A stretch of DNA of 62,738 nucleotides from an uncultured Acidimicrobiia bacterium (GTDB lineage: Bacteria > Actinomycetota > Acidimicrobiia > Spongiisociales > UBA4744). Of the stretch, positions 17,947 to 28,112 are shown piece after piece. The translations under genes were made by a program, and so were the position numbers. Under the pieces are notes generated by a model. The model worked only from the letters and a program-made list of their open reading frames with translations. It was not told where the DNA came from and did not search any database. The stretch lies in contig CAZBXV010000006.1 of NCBI GenBank assembly GCA_964496205.1, positions 1-62,738 of the forward strand. Direction: 5' to 3'. The number at the start of each line of letters is the position of its first letter. Position 1 is the stretch's first letter.

Positions 17947-19178
17947 GAAAACTACTAGTTCTTGGCGCAGGCACCGCCGGCACCATGGTGGTCAACAAGA
18001 TGGTCCACCACTTGTCACCCGACGAGTGGAAGATCACGATCGTCGACGAGGATCCCACCCACTACTACCAGCCGGGTTTTCTGTTCATTCCGTTCGGCAT
18101 GTACGGCCCCAACGATGTTCAGAAACCGAAACGGGACTACATCCCGAGCGGCGTCGAGATGGTCAGCGGCAAGATCGAGGTCATCGATCCTGACAACAAC
18201 AGGGTCAAGGTCGTGGGCGACGAGCGATGGCTGGACTACGACTATCTCATCATCGCTACGGGAACAACACCCCGACTGGATCAGACACCGGGGCTCGCCG
18301 AAGACGACAAGATGCCCGACAACGTACACCTGTTCTACACGTTCGAAGGGGCTGTCAATCTCGCCAAGTATCTTCGTGGATGGCAGGGTGGTCGTCTCGT
18401 CCTCAACATCGTCGAGATGCCTATCAAGTGCCCCGTCGCACCCCTCGAATTCATCTTCCTCGCCGACTCTTTCTTCACGGAGCAGGGCATCCGAGACAAG
18501 GTCGATATCACGTTCGCGACACCGCTGTCCGGTGCATTCACCAAGCCCATTGCCTCACAGGAACTCGGCGGGATGCTCGAGAAGAAGAACATCAACCTCG
18601 TTGCCGACTTCTCGGCGGAACACGTCGACCCGGATCGCAACACGGTCGTCGCCTACGACGGCACCGAAGTCGAGTACGATCTCCTCGTGTCCATTCCCAC
18701 GAACATGGGAGCGGACGTCGTCGGGGCGTCAGGGCTGGGAGACGAAGTGAACTACGTACCCGTCGACAAGGAGACGTTCGTCTCGAAGAAGTACGACAAC
18801 ATCTTCGCACTGGGCGACGCGGCTGCATTGCCGACCTCGAAGGCAGGTTCCGTTGCGCACTTCGCGGTGGAGACATGGACGGAGAACTTCCTCCGGTACA
18901 TCGACGGCTTGCCGATGCTCGAGAAGTTCGATGGTCACGCCAACTGCTTCATCGAGTCGGGGTTCGGCAAGGGGCTGCTCATCGACTTCAACTACGACAC
19001 CGAACCGCTGCCGGGCAAGTACCCGCTCCCTGGTGTCGGGCCGTTCTCGCTGCTCCAGGAATCAGAGCTGAACCACTGGGGAAAGGTGATGTTCCGCTGG
19101 CTCTACTGGAACGTGCTGTTGAAGGGCAAGGAGATGCCGGTCACGTCGTATATGACGATGGCAGGGAAGTGGAGGTGA
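17943..19178 (+). CDS. sqr: Sulfide:quinone oxidoreductase (probable type III)
   Basis: GAGTAG, HYYQPGFLF, IKCPVAPLEF, FALGDA, SKAGSVAH, HANCFIESG. Confidence 0.88.
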   Translation: MRKLLVLGAGTAGTMVVNKMVHHLSPDEWKITIVDEDPTHYYQPGFLFIPFGMYGPNDVQKPKRDYIPSGVEMVSGKIEVIDPDNNRVKVVGDERWLDYDYLIIATGTTPRLDQTPGLAEDDKMPDNVHLFYTFEGAVNLAKYLRGWQGGRLVLNIVEMPIKCPVAPLEFIFLADSFFTEQGIRDKVDITFATPLSGAFTKPIASQELGGMLEKKNINLVADFSAEHVDPDRNTVVAYDGTEVEYDLLVSIPTNMGADVVGASGLGDEVNYVPVDKETFVSKKYDNIFALGDAAALPTSKAGSVAHFAVETWTENFLRYIDGLPMLEKFDGHANCFIESGFGKGLLIDFNYDTEPLPGKYPLPGVGPFSLLQESELNHWGKVMFRWLYWNVLLKGKEMPVTSYMTMAGKWR

Positions 19179-19179
19179 C

Positions 19180-19866
19180 ATGAGCGTCACAACCGAAGAC
19201 CTCGCCCAGTTGAACACCAAGGTCGACCATCTCGCGACACAGGTGCAGTTCGTGGTGGACGAGGCACTCATCATGCGGGGCCGGCGCCAGGAGCGAGACG
19301 AACTGATCGCTGATCTGACGTCCCTGGGAGGCGACGCATACACGTTCGCCGTCACACAGCTCGAAGAGGTGGATCAATACGCGTCACTCGACGATCTCAC
19401 TCACCTGTTCAAGAAGATTGTGAGGAACTTGCACGAGCTGGAAGAGATGCTGGACACCGTCGTGAGCATGCGGGAACTCGTCGGCGAGGTGACACCTTTG
19501 ACACAGTCGGCTGCAATCACGCTCATGGACAAGCTCCAGGATCTCGAAAAGCGCGGTTACTTCGGGTTCGTCCGCAGCGGAAGCAAGGTCATCGAAAACA
19601 TCGTCGAGAACTTCAGTGAAGAGGACGTGGCCGCGCTTGGGGACAACATCGTGCTGATCCTCCAAGCAGTCAGGGAGATGACTCAGCCGGAGATCATGAC
19701 GGTGGTTCGAAACACCGCATCGACGGTGCGGGAAGAAGAGATTCCGGATCGAATCACCTGGCGGGAACTCATTCGCCAGATGCGGGATCCGGCAACGAAG
19801 AAGGGCCTGGCACGGCTGATGCTGACCCTCAGATCGGTGTCCGGAGAGACACCGAAGAACAAGTAG
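19180..19866 (+). CDS. DUF1641 domain protein
   Basis: Helical protein ending ITWRELIRQMRDPATKKGL; GGAGG SD; directly after sqr. Confidence 0.75.
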   Translation: MSVTTEDLAQLNTKVDHLATQVQFVVDEALIMRGRRQERDELIADLTSLGGDAYTFAVTQLEEVDQYASLDDLTHLFKKIVRNLHELEEMLDTVVSMRELVGEVTPLTQSAAITLMDKLQDLEKRGYFGFVRSGSKVIENIVENFSEEDVAALGDNIVLILQAVREMTQPEIMTVVRNTASTVREEEIPDRITWRELIRQMRDPATKKGLARLMLTLRSVSGETPKNK

Positions 19867-19879
19867 CAAAGGAGCACTC

Positions 19880-20197
19880 ATGGCAACAGAAACGATTGCC
19901 GGGCACGAGATCGACGTCGACGACGAAGGTTTCATGACCGATTCGAGCCAGTGGACCGAGGATCTCGCACCCGAACTCGCGAAGGCCATCGGGATCGATG
20001 CACTCACCGACGACCACTGGAAGGCGATCCGGTTCGTGCACTCCGACTTCGGTGAGGAGGGAGAAAGCCCGACCGTTCGGAGGGTCAGCGTGGAGACCGG
20101 GTTGAGCACGAAGCAGCTCTACCAACTGTTCCCGAAGAAGCCCGGGAAGAAGATGGCCTTCATCGCCGGTGTTCCCAAGCCGACCGGCTGTGTGTGA
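19880..20197 (+). CDS. tusE: TusE/DsrC-like sulfur relay protein (single C-terminal Cys)
   Basis: DDEGFM, LTDDHWKAI, LYQLFP..PG, AGVPKPTGCV; Ala at the second DsrC Cys position. Confidence 0.88.
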   Translation: MATETIAGHEIDVDDEGFMTDSSQWTEDLAPELAKAIGIDALTDDHWKAIRFVHSDFGEEGESPTVRRVSVETGLSTKQLYQLFPKKPGKKMAFIAGVPKPTGCV

Positions 20198-20209
20198 GAG
20201 GGGTGGGTC

Positions 20210-20695
20210 ATGCCACTACCCAACTTCGATGAGGAGTCGGACCGCAAAGTCTGCATCATCCTGAGCAAGGGCTCGCTCGACTGGGCGGCCGCATCGATGG
20301 TGATCGCGAACGCAGCGGTCTCCGAAGGAATCGAACTGCACCTGTTCTTCACGTTCTACGGGATGGACGCGGTGCTCAAGAAGAAGATGGATCACCTGAA
20401 GGTGACGCCGCTCGCGAATCCTTCCATGGGGATGCCCAACGCGGTCGCCGCGATCCCGGGCGTGACTGCGATGGCGACATCGATGATGAAGAAGAAGATG
20501 GCCGAGCAGAACGTTCCGGACCATCGCGACTTCATTCAGATGGTGTGTGACGCAGGCGGTCATCTGCATGTGTGCAAGATGACGTTCGACATGTTCGGCT
20601 ACACGAAGGACGATCTCTTCGACGAGGTCGAGGACGTGATCAGCGCCTCGGACTTCCTGGAGATTGCCGAGGACGGCCAGATCATCTTCATCTAG
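20210..20695 (+). CDS. DsrE/DsrF/DrsH-like (DsrE2/peroxiredoxin-like) sulfurtransferase
   Basis: IILSKGSLD, LFFTFYG, VCKMTFDMFG, IIFI* C-terminus. Confidence 0.85.
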   Translation: MPLPNFDEESDRKVCIILSKGSLDWAAASMVIANAAVSEGIELHLFFTFYGMDAVLKKKMDHLKVTPLANPSMGMPNAVAAIPGVTAMATSMMKKKMAEQNVPDHRDFIQMVCDAGGHLHVCKMTFDMFGYTKDDLFDEVEDVISASDFLEIAEDGQIIFI

Positions 20696-21198
20696 CTCTG
20701 ATCGGTATCTCGCGGGGGTCCTTCGGGGCCCCCGTTTTCGCCTGGTGGGACGAGGATGATTGGTACATGGGTCTGCTCCATGACCTCCGCCGACACCGAT
20801 CTCCAGGCACCATCGGAGAACAGCCGTCTGGTGACGCCGAGCAGCACGAGGTCGGCATCGATGTCTTGGGCCGTCGCGCAGATCACCTTGGCGGGATCCG
20901 ACCCTTCGAGGAACAGCTTCGTCGGAGTTATCCCTCGGGCGTTGAGCGCTGAGACAACCGGGGCCGAGAGCCGCTCTCCCCGCTCGGTCACGTAGCGAGC
21001 CGTGCGGTCCGAACTCTCATCCCGGGGCATGTCACTCATCGGATGCCACAACTCGAGTTCGAGCGTGTCGAGGAACTCCTGGGGTGCGGGTACGACCGTG
21101 AGCACGGAGACCTGTCCTTGGTCGCGGACCAGCCTCAGCGTGAGATCGGCAACCGGCCCGGGGGGAAGCACCCCTGTGGTGGCGATCAGTACGTGCAC
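20692..21198 (-). CDS. Universal stress protein (UspA family)
   Basis: VLIAT.G start, G.DPAKVIC..A...DADLVLLG, SVSAEVM...HVPIILVP. Confidence 0.8.
   Translation of the reverse strand: MHVLIATTGVLPPGPVADLTLRLVRDQGQVSVLTVVPAPQEFLDTLELELWHPMSDMPRDESSDRTARYVTERGERLSAPVVSALNARGITPTKLFLEGSDPAKVICATAQDIDADLVLLGVTRRLFSDGAWRSVSAEVMEQTHVPIILVPPGENGGPEGPPRDTDQS
20713..20738 (+). terminator. Intrinsic terminator of the sulfur operon
   Basis: CGGGGGTCC-TTCG-GGGCCCCCG then TTTT. Confidence 0.75.
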
Positions 21199-21255
21199 CC
21201 TCCTAGCGTAAACGAGTCCGGCGGGTGACGACCCCGAGAGCGGTAGAGTCGTTGC

Positions 21256-21753
21256 ATGCTCGACGAAAGACTTGTGAACGGGGTCACCTGGATGATCCCC
21301 AGTGCACTCGCCCTGATCGGAGCGCGTGCCGGTGATGAAGTGAACGCGATGACGGCATCGTGGATTACCCAGGTATCGATGGAGCCCGTCTCGATTGCCG
21401 TATCGATAGAGAAGACTGCACTGACACACAGACTGGTCATGGACGGTGGTTTCTTCTCGGTGAATCTGTGGTCGCCGGACGACACTCGTGTGTTTGTGAA
21501 GTTCTCGAAGCCCGTGGAGCGAGAAGGCGATTCTCTGCACGGGCGTCCGATCCGCGAGGGATCGACGGGTGTCCCGGTATTCGAGGAGGCCGTGGCCTGG
21601 TTGGAAGTCAAGGTGACCAGGACACTCGACGTGGGAACGCACACGCTGTTCATCGGAGAGGTCGTCGACGTCGGCAAGGACTCTGAATACGAAGGCCGTG
21701 CAGCCTCGATCGATGACACACGCATGAAGTACGGCGGTGTCAAGAGGCACTGA
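21256..21753 (+). CDS. Flavin reductase family protein
   Basis: NAMTASWITQVSMEP, FSVNL, GTHTLFIGEVV. Confidence 0.88.
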   Translation: MLDERLVNGVTWMIPSALALIGARAGDEVNAMTASWITQVSMEPVSIAVSIEKTALTHRLVMDGGFFSVNLWSPDDTRVFVKFSKPVEREGDSLHGRPIREGSTGVPVFEEAVAWLEVKVTRTLDVGTHTLFIGEVVDVGKDSEYEGRAASIDDTRMKYGGVKRH

Positions 21754-21765
21754 AAGGATGGCCAT

Positions 21766-22530
21766 ATGGACATTCGGCTCGATGGAAAGGTTGCACTCGT
21801 CACCGGCGGCAGCAGAGGAATCGGTGAAGAGATCGCCAGAGAGTTCCTCGCATCAGGTGCCAAAGGTGTTGTGATCACAGGTCGCAAGCAACCCGGCCTC
21901 GACGAGGCCGCCGATCGCATCTCCGGTGGTGACAGACTGCTCTGCTTCGCCGGAAACGCGGGTGACCCGGAACACGCTGCGTCTGCGGTCCGGGAAACGA
22001 TCGGCGCCTTCGGCTCCTGCGACATCCTCGTGAACAACGCGGCCACCAACCCGGTCGCCGGCAACATCAGCGAGATGGACCTTGGAGCGGTGGATAAGAC
22101 CTGGGCGGTCAACCAACGGGGACCTCTCCTGTTCACCAGACAAGCGTGGGCTCAGTGGATGCAGAGCCACGGAGGAGCGATCGTCAACCTCGCTTCCGTT
22201 GGTGGTCTCGTTCCCGGTCCGATCATGGGCGCCTACAACGTCTCGAAGGGGGCACTGATCTTCATGACGCGACAACTCGCGTATGAGTTGGCCCCCGCGG
22301 TTCGTGTCAACGCCGTCGCTCCCGGCATCGTCAAGACGAGATTCTCACGGGTTCTGTGGGAGACCGACCAGAACGGCGCAGCCGGTCTGCACCCGCTCAA
22401 CCGGCTCGGGGAAGTCGAAGACGTCGCGTCGGCCGTCCTGTTCCTCGCGTCTGACGCGTCGTCATGGATCACGGGAGTCACGATCCCGGTCGATGGGGGC
22501 ATGACGAACGCCCGTCCGGGCATCGGGTAG
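21766..22530 (+). CDS. Short-chain dehydrogenase/reductase
   Basis: TGGSRGIG, NNAA, YNVSK, VRVNAVAPG. Confidence 0.92.
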   Translation: MDIRLDGKVALVTGGSRGIGEEIAREFLASGAKGVVITGRKQPGLDEAADRISGGDRLLCFAGNAGDPEHAASAVRETIGAFGSCDILVNNAATNPVAGNISEMDLGAVDKTWAVNQRGPLLFTRQAWAQWMQSHGGAIVNLASVGGLVPGPIMGAYNVSKGALIFMTRQLAYELAPAVRVNAVAPGIVKTRFSRVLWETDQNGAAGLHPLNRLGEVEDVASAVLFLASDASSWITGVTIPVDGGMTNARPGIG

Positions 22531-22551
22531 GGGCGATTGTGCTACCAGCGG

Positions 22552-23307
22552 CTACTCGGTGGGTTGGAAGGTCATCAAAGCTGCGACAGCTTCGCTCTGC
22601 TGATCCGAAGTTGGGTCTAGATAGGACAGGGTCACCACGTACACGTAGGTGTCGGTGAGCGCGAACAGCTGATATGCGGTCGTGTAGGTGCCGTCTCCGA
22701 TCGGAAAGCTGGACACGGCCATGACGGCAGGGCCGAAGGGCATCTGAACCTCGTCGACCGACTGGACGTCAACGCCGATCGATGCGTACTGATCTGCGAG
22801 CGTTTGGAGATAGACGTTGATCTCGTCGAACGCGGTGCGTTCCTGTCGTCCTATGTTGACGTTTGGCGCGAAACCGCTGCTGAGGTCGGTGAGATCGAAC
22901 GCCCAGAACGTGATCATCCCGCTCTGAAGCGCTTGGATGGCGACGTTCAGCTCTTCCCCGCCGAGTGGGGAGTCCTGCAGCATTTGCATGGCCGCTTGGT
23001 TGTCCAGATCGATGGGCGCATATGCCGCCGGCAGAGCGATGACGAAACCCGGGCCGTTGTGCACCTCGAAGCCGGTCGGCACATCCATGGCGATGGTGGT
23101 TTCGGTTGTCGTGGGAGCGGCGGTGGTAGTGGTCGCGACAGTGGTTTCGGTCGTCGTGGGAGTCGCGGTCGTGGTTGTGGCCTTCGTTGTTGTCGCGAGT
23201 GTGGTTGTTGGCGCTTGGGTCGTTGCTTCTTGGGTCGTCGATGAGCCGCCTGGACCGGTACAGGCCGCGAGCAGCAGGACGGATGCGGCGAGAAGTCTGG
23301 GTCTCAT
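22552..23307 (-). CDS. Lipoprotein with Thr-rich linker, unknown function
   Basis: LLLAAC lipobox, long T/A-rich stretch, globular C-terminal domain. Confidence 0.75.
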   Translation of the reverse strand: MRPRLLAASVLLLAACTGPGGSSTTQEATTQAPTTTLATTTKATTTTATPTTTETTVATTTTAAPTTTETTIAMDVPTGFEVHNGPGFVIALPAAYAPIDLDNQAAMQMLQDSPLGGEELNVAIQALQSGMITFWAFDLTDLSSGFAPNVNIGRQERTAFDEINVYLQTLADQYASIGVDVQSVDEVQMPFGPAVMAVSSFPIGDGTYTTAYQLFALTDTYVYVVTLSYLDPTSDQQSEAVAALMTFQPTE

Positions 23308-23350
23308 AGCCGTAGTGTGACAGCACGGGGCCCTCGAACCAAGGCTTGGT

Positions 23351-24526
<1,176 letters not shown>

Positions 24527-24597
24527 GCCGGGTACGGTAGCGAGCTCTGGCTGCTGACTGTCCGGCGTAGCCCGTCCGGCCGGTACTATCGCCTGTC

Positions 24598-24885
24598 ATG
24601 GAACAGCCCACACAGATCGTTCTCGAGCGTGATGGCCGCCTTGTGCTGACCTGGGACGGGGGAGATGTCACCGAGATGGGCGCAGATCTGCTTCGGCGGT
24701 CCTGTCCTTGTGCCGTCTGCAAGGAATCGGGCGACGGATGGGTGTTCCCTACAGCACGAATTCGGACGATCGAGCAGGCAGGCGCCTATGGTTTGAGGAT
24801 CCTGTTCGAGGGGCACGAGAGCGGCATCTTCGGATACGACTACCTGCGTTCCCTCGGCACGGGACGCTCTGAGCAGCCATACTGA
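24598..24885 (+). CDS. DUF971 / gamma-butyrobetaine hydroxylase-like N-terminal domain protein
   Basis: LRRSCPCAVC, GAYGLRI.F..HESGIF.YDYLR. Confidence 0.85.
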   Translation: MEQPTQIVLERDGRLVLTWDGGDVTEMGADLLRRSCPCAVCKESGDGWVFPTARIRTIEQAGAYGLRILFEGHESGIFGYDYLRSLGTGRSEQPY

Positions 24886-24908
24886 TGGGTGGAGATGAAG
24901 GAGAAGGG

Positions 24909-25313
24909 ATGCATTCCAGGAAACTCGCGGTCGTCGTAGTCGTCGCTGCCGTTGCGGCGATGCTTGCCGGCTGCGGTAGTTCGAATGATTCGACGACAGC
25001 AAGCGCATCGGCGGGGGAGAAGCTGTTCAACTCGGCCACGATCGGTGCGGATCCCGGGTGTGTGACCTGCCACTCGTTGGATGAGGGGAAGGTCATCGTC
25101 GGACCGTCACTCGCGGGAATCGCGACGGATGCGGCCGGCGACGCGGCGGATCGAGGGATCTCCACCGAGGAGATGCTGAAGATCATGATCACCGACCCCA
25201 ATGATGAGGTGGTGGAGGGATTCCCAGCCGACACGATGCCTCAGGATTTCGGGAAGCAGCTCACCGAGCAGCAACTGAACGATGTGATTGCGTTTCTGAT
25301 GACGCTGAAGTGA
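24909..25313 (+). CDS. Monoheme c-type cytochrome lipoprotein
   Basis: LAGC lipobox, CVTCH, VGPSL, distal Met in TMP. Confidence 0.88.
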   Translation: MHSRKLAVVVVVAAVAAMLAGCGSSNDSTTASASAGEKLFNSATIGADPGCVTCHSLDEGKVIVGPSLAGIATDAAGDAADRGISTEEMLKIMITDPNDEVVEGFPADTMPQDFGKQLTEQQLNDVIAFLMTLK

Positions 25314-25863
25314 GAAGCCTGCCCTGATCGAGCAGGTCGATCACCGTTTCGATCACCTCGGGGTCGAACTGCGTGCCTGCACCCCGAAGGAGCTCTGATC
25401 GAGCTTCATCGAGTCCGACTGCACGGTGATAGGGTCTGTCGTTCGTCATGGCATCGAACGCGTCTACAACGAACAGGATCCGGGAGAGCAGGGGAATGGT
25501 CGTGCCTGTCATCCCGAACGGGTAGCCGGTCCCGTCGTATCGCTCGTGATGACAGAGGACGGCTTCGGCGACTTCGTTGGGAACGAGCCTGTGAAGGAGC
25601 CAGAACCCGTCGACGGGATGGCGATGCATCTCTTTCCACTCGGCCGCGCTGAGCGGACCGGGCTTGTTGACGATATCGCTGCGCACCCGGATCTTGCCGA
25701 CGTCATGGAAACGAGCCGCTGTGTCGAGACGTTGGAGCCGTCTCGGCTCGAGCCTGAGGTGCATGCCGGTGATGGCGGCGAGGTTCGCGACTCGGGAACC
25801 GTGCGGCTCCAGCCAATCTGCGTGCTGGCGGACAAGGCTTGTGAGTGATCCCAGATGGTTCAT
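25261..25863 (-). CDS. Stand-alone HD-GYP phosphodiesterase domain protein
   Basis: HGSRVA, HDVGK, HHERYDGTGYP, DAFDAMT.DRPY, GTQFDP. Confidence 0.88.
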   Translation of the reverse strand: MNHLGSLTSLVRQHADWLEPHGSRVANLAAITGMHLRLEPRRLQRLDTAARFHDVGKIRVRSDIVNKPGPLSAAEWKEMHRHPVDGFWLLHRLVPNEVAEAVLCHHERYDGTGYPFGMTGTTIPLLSRILFVVDAFDAMTNDRPYHRAVGLDEARSELLRGAGTQFDPEVIETVIDLLDQGRLLTSASSETQSHRSVAAR

Positions 25864-25964
25864 CCTCTCTCCAAGTCGTTTCACGCAGTGAGGTGTTACA
25901 TGCACTCTACGCGCGATTTCTCAAGGCGGCCGGATTGCGGCGCGAGCGCGACCAGAATGTGCCC

Positions 25965-26588
25965 ATGGATATCGCTGTGGACCTCGTACAGGCATATCTT
26001 CGAATCAGTGGCTATCTGACGGTCACCGAGTTCGAGGTGCAACGCAAGCTGGACGATGGCAGCTATGAGACGGCGACCGACGTCGACATCATCGCAATCA
26101 GACTGCCAGGTGCCCTCTACGAGGGCGATCCGAAACTCTCCAGCGAGTATCGGGTTCTCCAGGTTACGGATCCTCAGCTTCATCTCGAACCCGAAGTCGT
26201 CGATGTGATCCTCGGGGAGGTCAAGGAGGGGCATGCCGAGTTCAATCCGGGGCTGAAGCGTCACGACGTTCTGCACTCGGTGCTTCGTCGCCTCTCGTGG
26301 CTCTACGGAGACTCACTCGACGAGGTCGTTGAGGAGCTCCGTGCGCACGGTTCGGTCACGAATCCGATTCCTTCCGGAGGGGAGGTCCGTACCCGTCTGG
26401 TCGCGTTCGGGCGGTCGGAGGCGAGGAACCTGAACACGATCCCGCTGACGCACGTGTTCGAGCGGCTTCTGGACTACCTGGAGCGCTTCGAATCCATTCT
26501 GAGACCTGCGATGTACAAGGACCCGGCCCCGGCGATGCTGCATCTCCTGCTCAAGACGGGTTTCCGGGTGGAGAAGGATCACCGATGA
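25965..26588 (+). CDS. Hypothetical protein, possible PD-(D/E)xK nuclease-like fold
   Basis: YL...GY...TE, TDVDIIAIR, ILGEVKEG spacing. Confidence 0.6.
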   Translation: MDIAVDLVQAYLRISGYLTVTEFEVQRKLDDGSYETATDVDIIAIRLPGALYEGDPKLSSEYRVLQVTDPQLHLEPEVVDVILGEVKEGHAEFNPGLKRHDVLHSVLRRLSWLYGDSLDEVVEELRAHGSVTNPIPSGGEVRTRLVAFGRSEARNLNTIPLTHVFERLLDYLERFESILRPAMYKDPAPAMLHLLLKTGFRVEKDHR

Positions 26589-27339
26589 CCCGGCGGTGCT
26601 CCTCGGTGTGGTGCGAGATGGCCTGAAAGGCGGCCGTCATGTCGAGGAAGGCGTCGAAGTCGGCACTTCTCGCGTGGCGAAGCAGGCGTTTCGACAGCCG
26701 CAACGCCTGAGGGGGTTTGCGGGCGATCGTCGAGGCAAGCTCCTGGACGTGTTCCAACAGCTCGGCCGGCTTCACGACTTCGAGCAGGAGGCCGATGTGG
26801 AGGGCCTCTCGAGCATCCACGATCCGGCCCGTGAAGATCAGTTCCGAAGCGCGCTGCCAACCAACGATTCGAGGCAGGATCCAGGCCCCTCCGTCACCGG
26901 GTACCAGGCCGAGATCGACGACCGGCTGGCCCAAACGTGCAAGGGATGAACCGACGCGCAGGTCGCACAGCAGCGCGAGATCGCAGCCGCCTCCGATGGC
27001 TGGACCATTGACGGCCGCGATCGTGACCAGATCCAATAACGCCACCGACCGCATGAGCCGGAGTACGCTCGACCGGTACGACTCGGCGATTTGGCGAGCC
27101 GAGCCCTCGAAGATGTCTTCGCCGGCGCGCATGTCCTTGAGATTCCCGCCGGCGCTGAACGCACTCCCTGCACCTGTCAAGACGAGTACCGAAAGGTCTC
27201 GATCGTCCTTGATCCGCTCGAGTGCGTCGATGAGACCTTCGAGCACCCCGGTGCCTGTCAACGCATTGCGTACATCGGGTCGGTCCATCGTGATGGTGGC
27301 GATCCGGCCGTCGACCTCGAGTCGGATCGGGTCGGTCAT
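26551..27339 (-). CDS. Enoyl-CoA hydratase/isomerase family protein
   Basis: FSAGGNL, IAAVNGPAIGGGCDLALLCDLR. Confidence 0.9.
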   Translation of the reverse strand: MTDPIRLEVDGRIATITMDRPDVRNALTGTGVLEGLIDALERIKDDRDLSVLVLTGAGSAFSAGGNLKDMRAGEDIFEGSARQIAESYRSSVLRLMRSVALLDLVTIAAVNGPAIGGGCDLALLCDLRVGSSLARLGQPVVDLGLVPGDGGAWILPRIVGWQRASELIFTGRIVDAREALHIGLLLEVVKPAELLEHVQELASTIARKPPQALRLSKRLLRHARSADFDAFLDMTAAFQAISHHTEEHRRVIGDPSPPGNPS

Positions 27340-28112
27340 GCCGTTGATCGTGCCGCTGCGACGAACGCCTTCGCGAGTTCCGGATCGATGGGATTCGCCG
27401 TGCGGCCGTCGACCTCGACGCCAGTTCCCACGATCACGCCGTCTGCTCGTGCGAGGATGCCGGCCACCGTATCGATCGTGGCGCCGGAGCCGACGAGGAT
27501 CGGCACGTCTGGGCATGCGTGGCGGACAGCCTGGATCCGGCGGAGGTCGGTCGGGGCGCCGGTCCCCTCACCTGACAGGATCAGCGCATCTGCCCCCGCC
27601 CGTGCCGTGAGGTCTTCGGCACTGCGCGCAAGGTCCAGGCCGGCCGGAGGGACGGCGTGCTTGACGAAGACGTCGGCGAAGATGTCGACGTCGGGTGCAA
27701 TGGCGTGTTTCAGGCGGGCCACCTCCGCTGCTCGTCCTTCGATGATGCCCTGATCGGTGTACATGACGCCGCTGAGGATGTTCACACGAATGAACGAGGC
27801 TCCTGTTGCCGCTGCGATCGAGAGCGCACCGAGTGCGTCGTTTCGGAGAACGTTCACACCAACCGGAATGGAGACGCGGTCAACGACGTGCCCGACTGCA
27901 ACCGTCATGGCGGCAATCGTGGCCGCCGGGACCGGGTCTTTGAAGAAGGGAACGTCGCCGAAGTTCTCGACCAGGAGGGCATCAAACCCGGCTTGCTCGA
28001 GGGCGACGGCGTCTTCGATCGCTCGGGCGGCGACGGTGTCGATGGAACCCTGGAATCTGGGCGAGCCAGGCAGAGGTTGCAGATGGACCATCCCGATGAG
28101 GTGGTGATTCAT
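27336..28112 (-). CDS. BtpA/SgcQ family TIM-barrel protein
   Basis: IGMVHLQPLPGSP, ENFGDVPF, GVNVLRND, ADVFVKH. Confidence 0.9.
   Translation of the reverse strand: MNHHLIGMVHLQPLPGSPRFQGSIDTVAARAIEDAVALEQAGFDALLVENFGDVPFFKDPVPAATIAAMTVAVGHVVDRVSIPVGVNVLRNDALGALSIAAATGASFIRVNILSGVMYTDQGIIEGRAAEVARLKHAIAPDVDIFADVFVKHAVPPAGLDLARSAEDLTARAGADALILSGEGTGAPTDLRRIQAVRHACPDVPILVGSGATIDTVAGILARADGVIVGTGVEVDGRTANPIDPELAKAFVAAARSTA

Noticed and set aside
19880-20197. dsrC indicating dissimilatory sulfite reduction or reverse Dsr
   Set aside because: Lacks the second conserved Cys of DsrC, and no dsrAB is in the window
20692-21765. 357-aa ORF as an extended USP fusion
   Set aside because: The N-terminal part is antisense to the flavin reductase gene; the USP domain starts at GTG 21198
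23090-23240. Repetitive GTC/GTG/GTT-rich tract as a DNA repeat or CRISPR
   Set aside because: Encodes the Thr-rich linker of a lipoprotein; I saw no constant repeat with unique spacers here or elsewhere in the window
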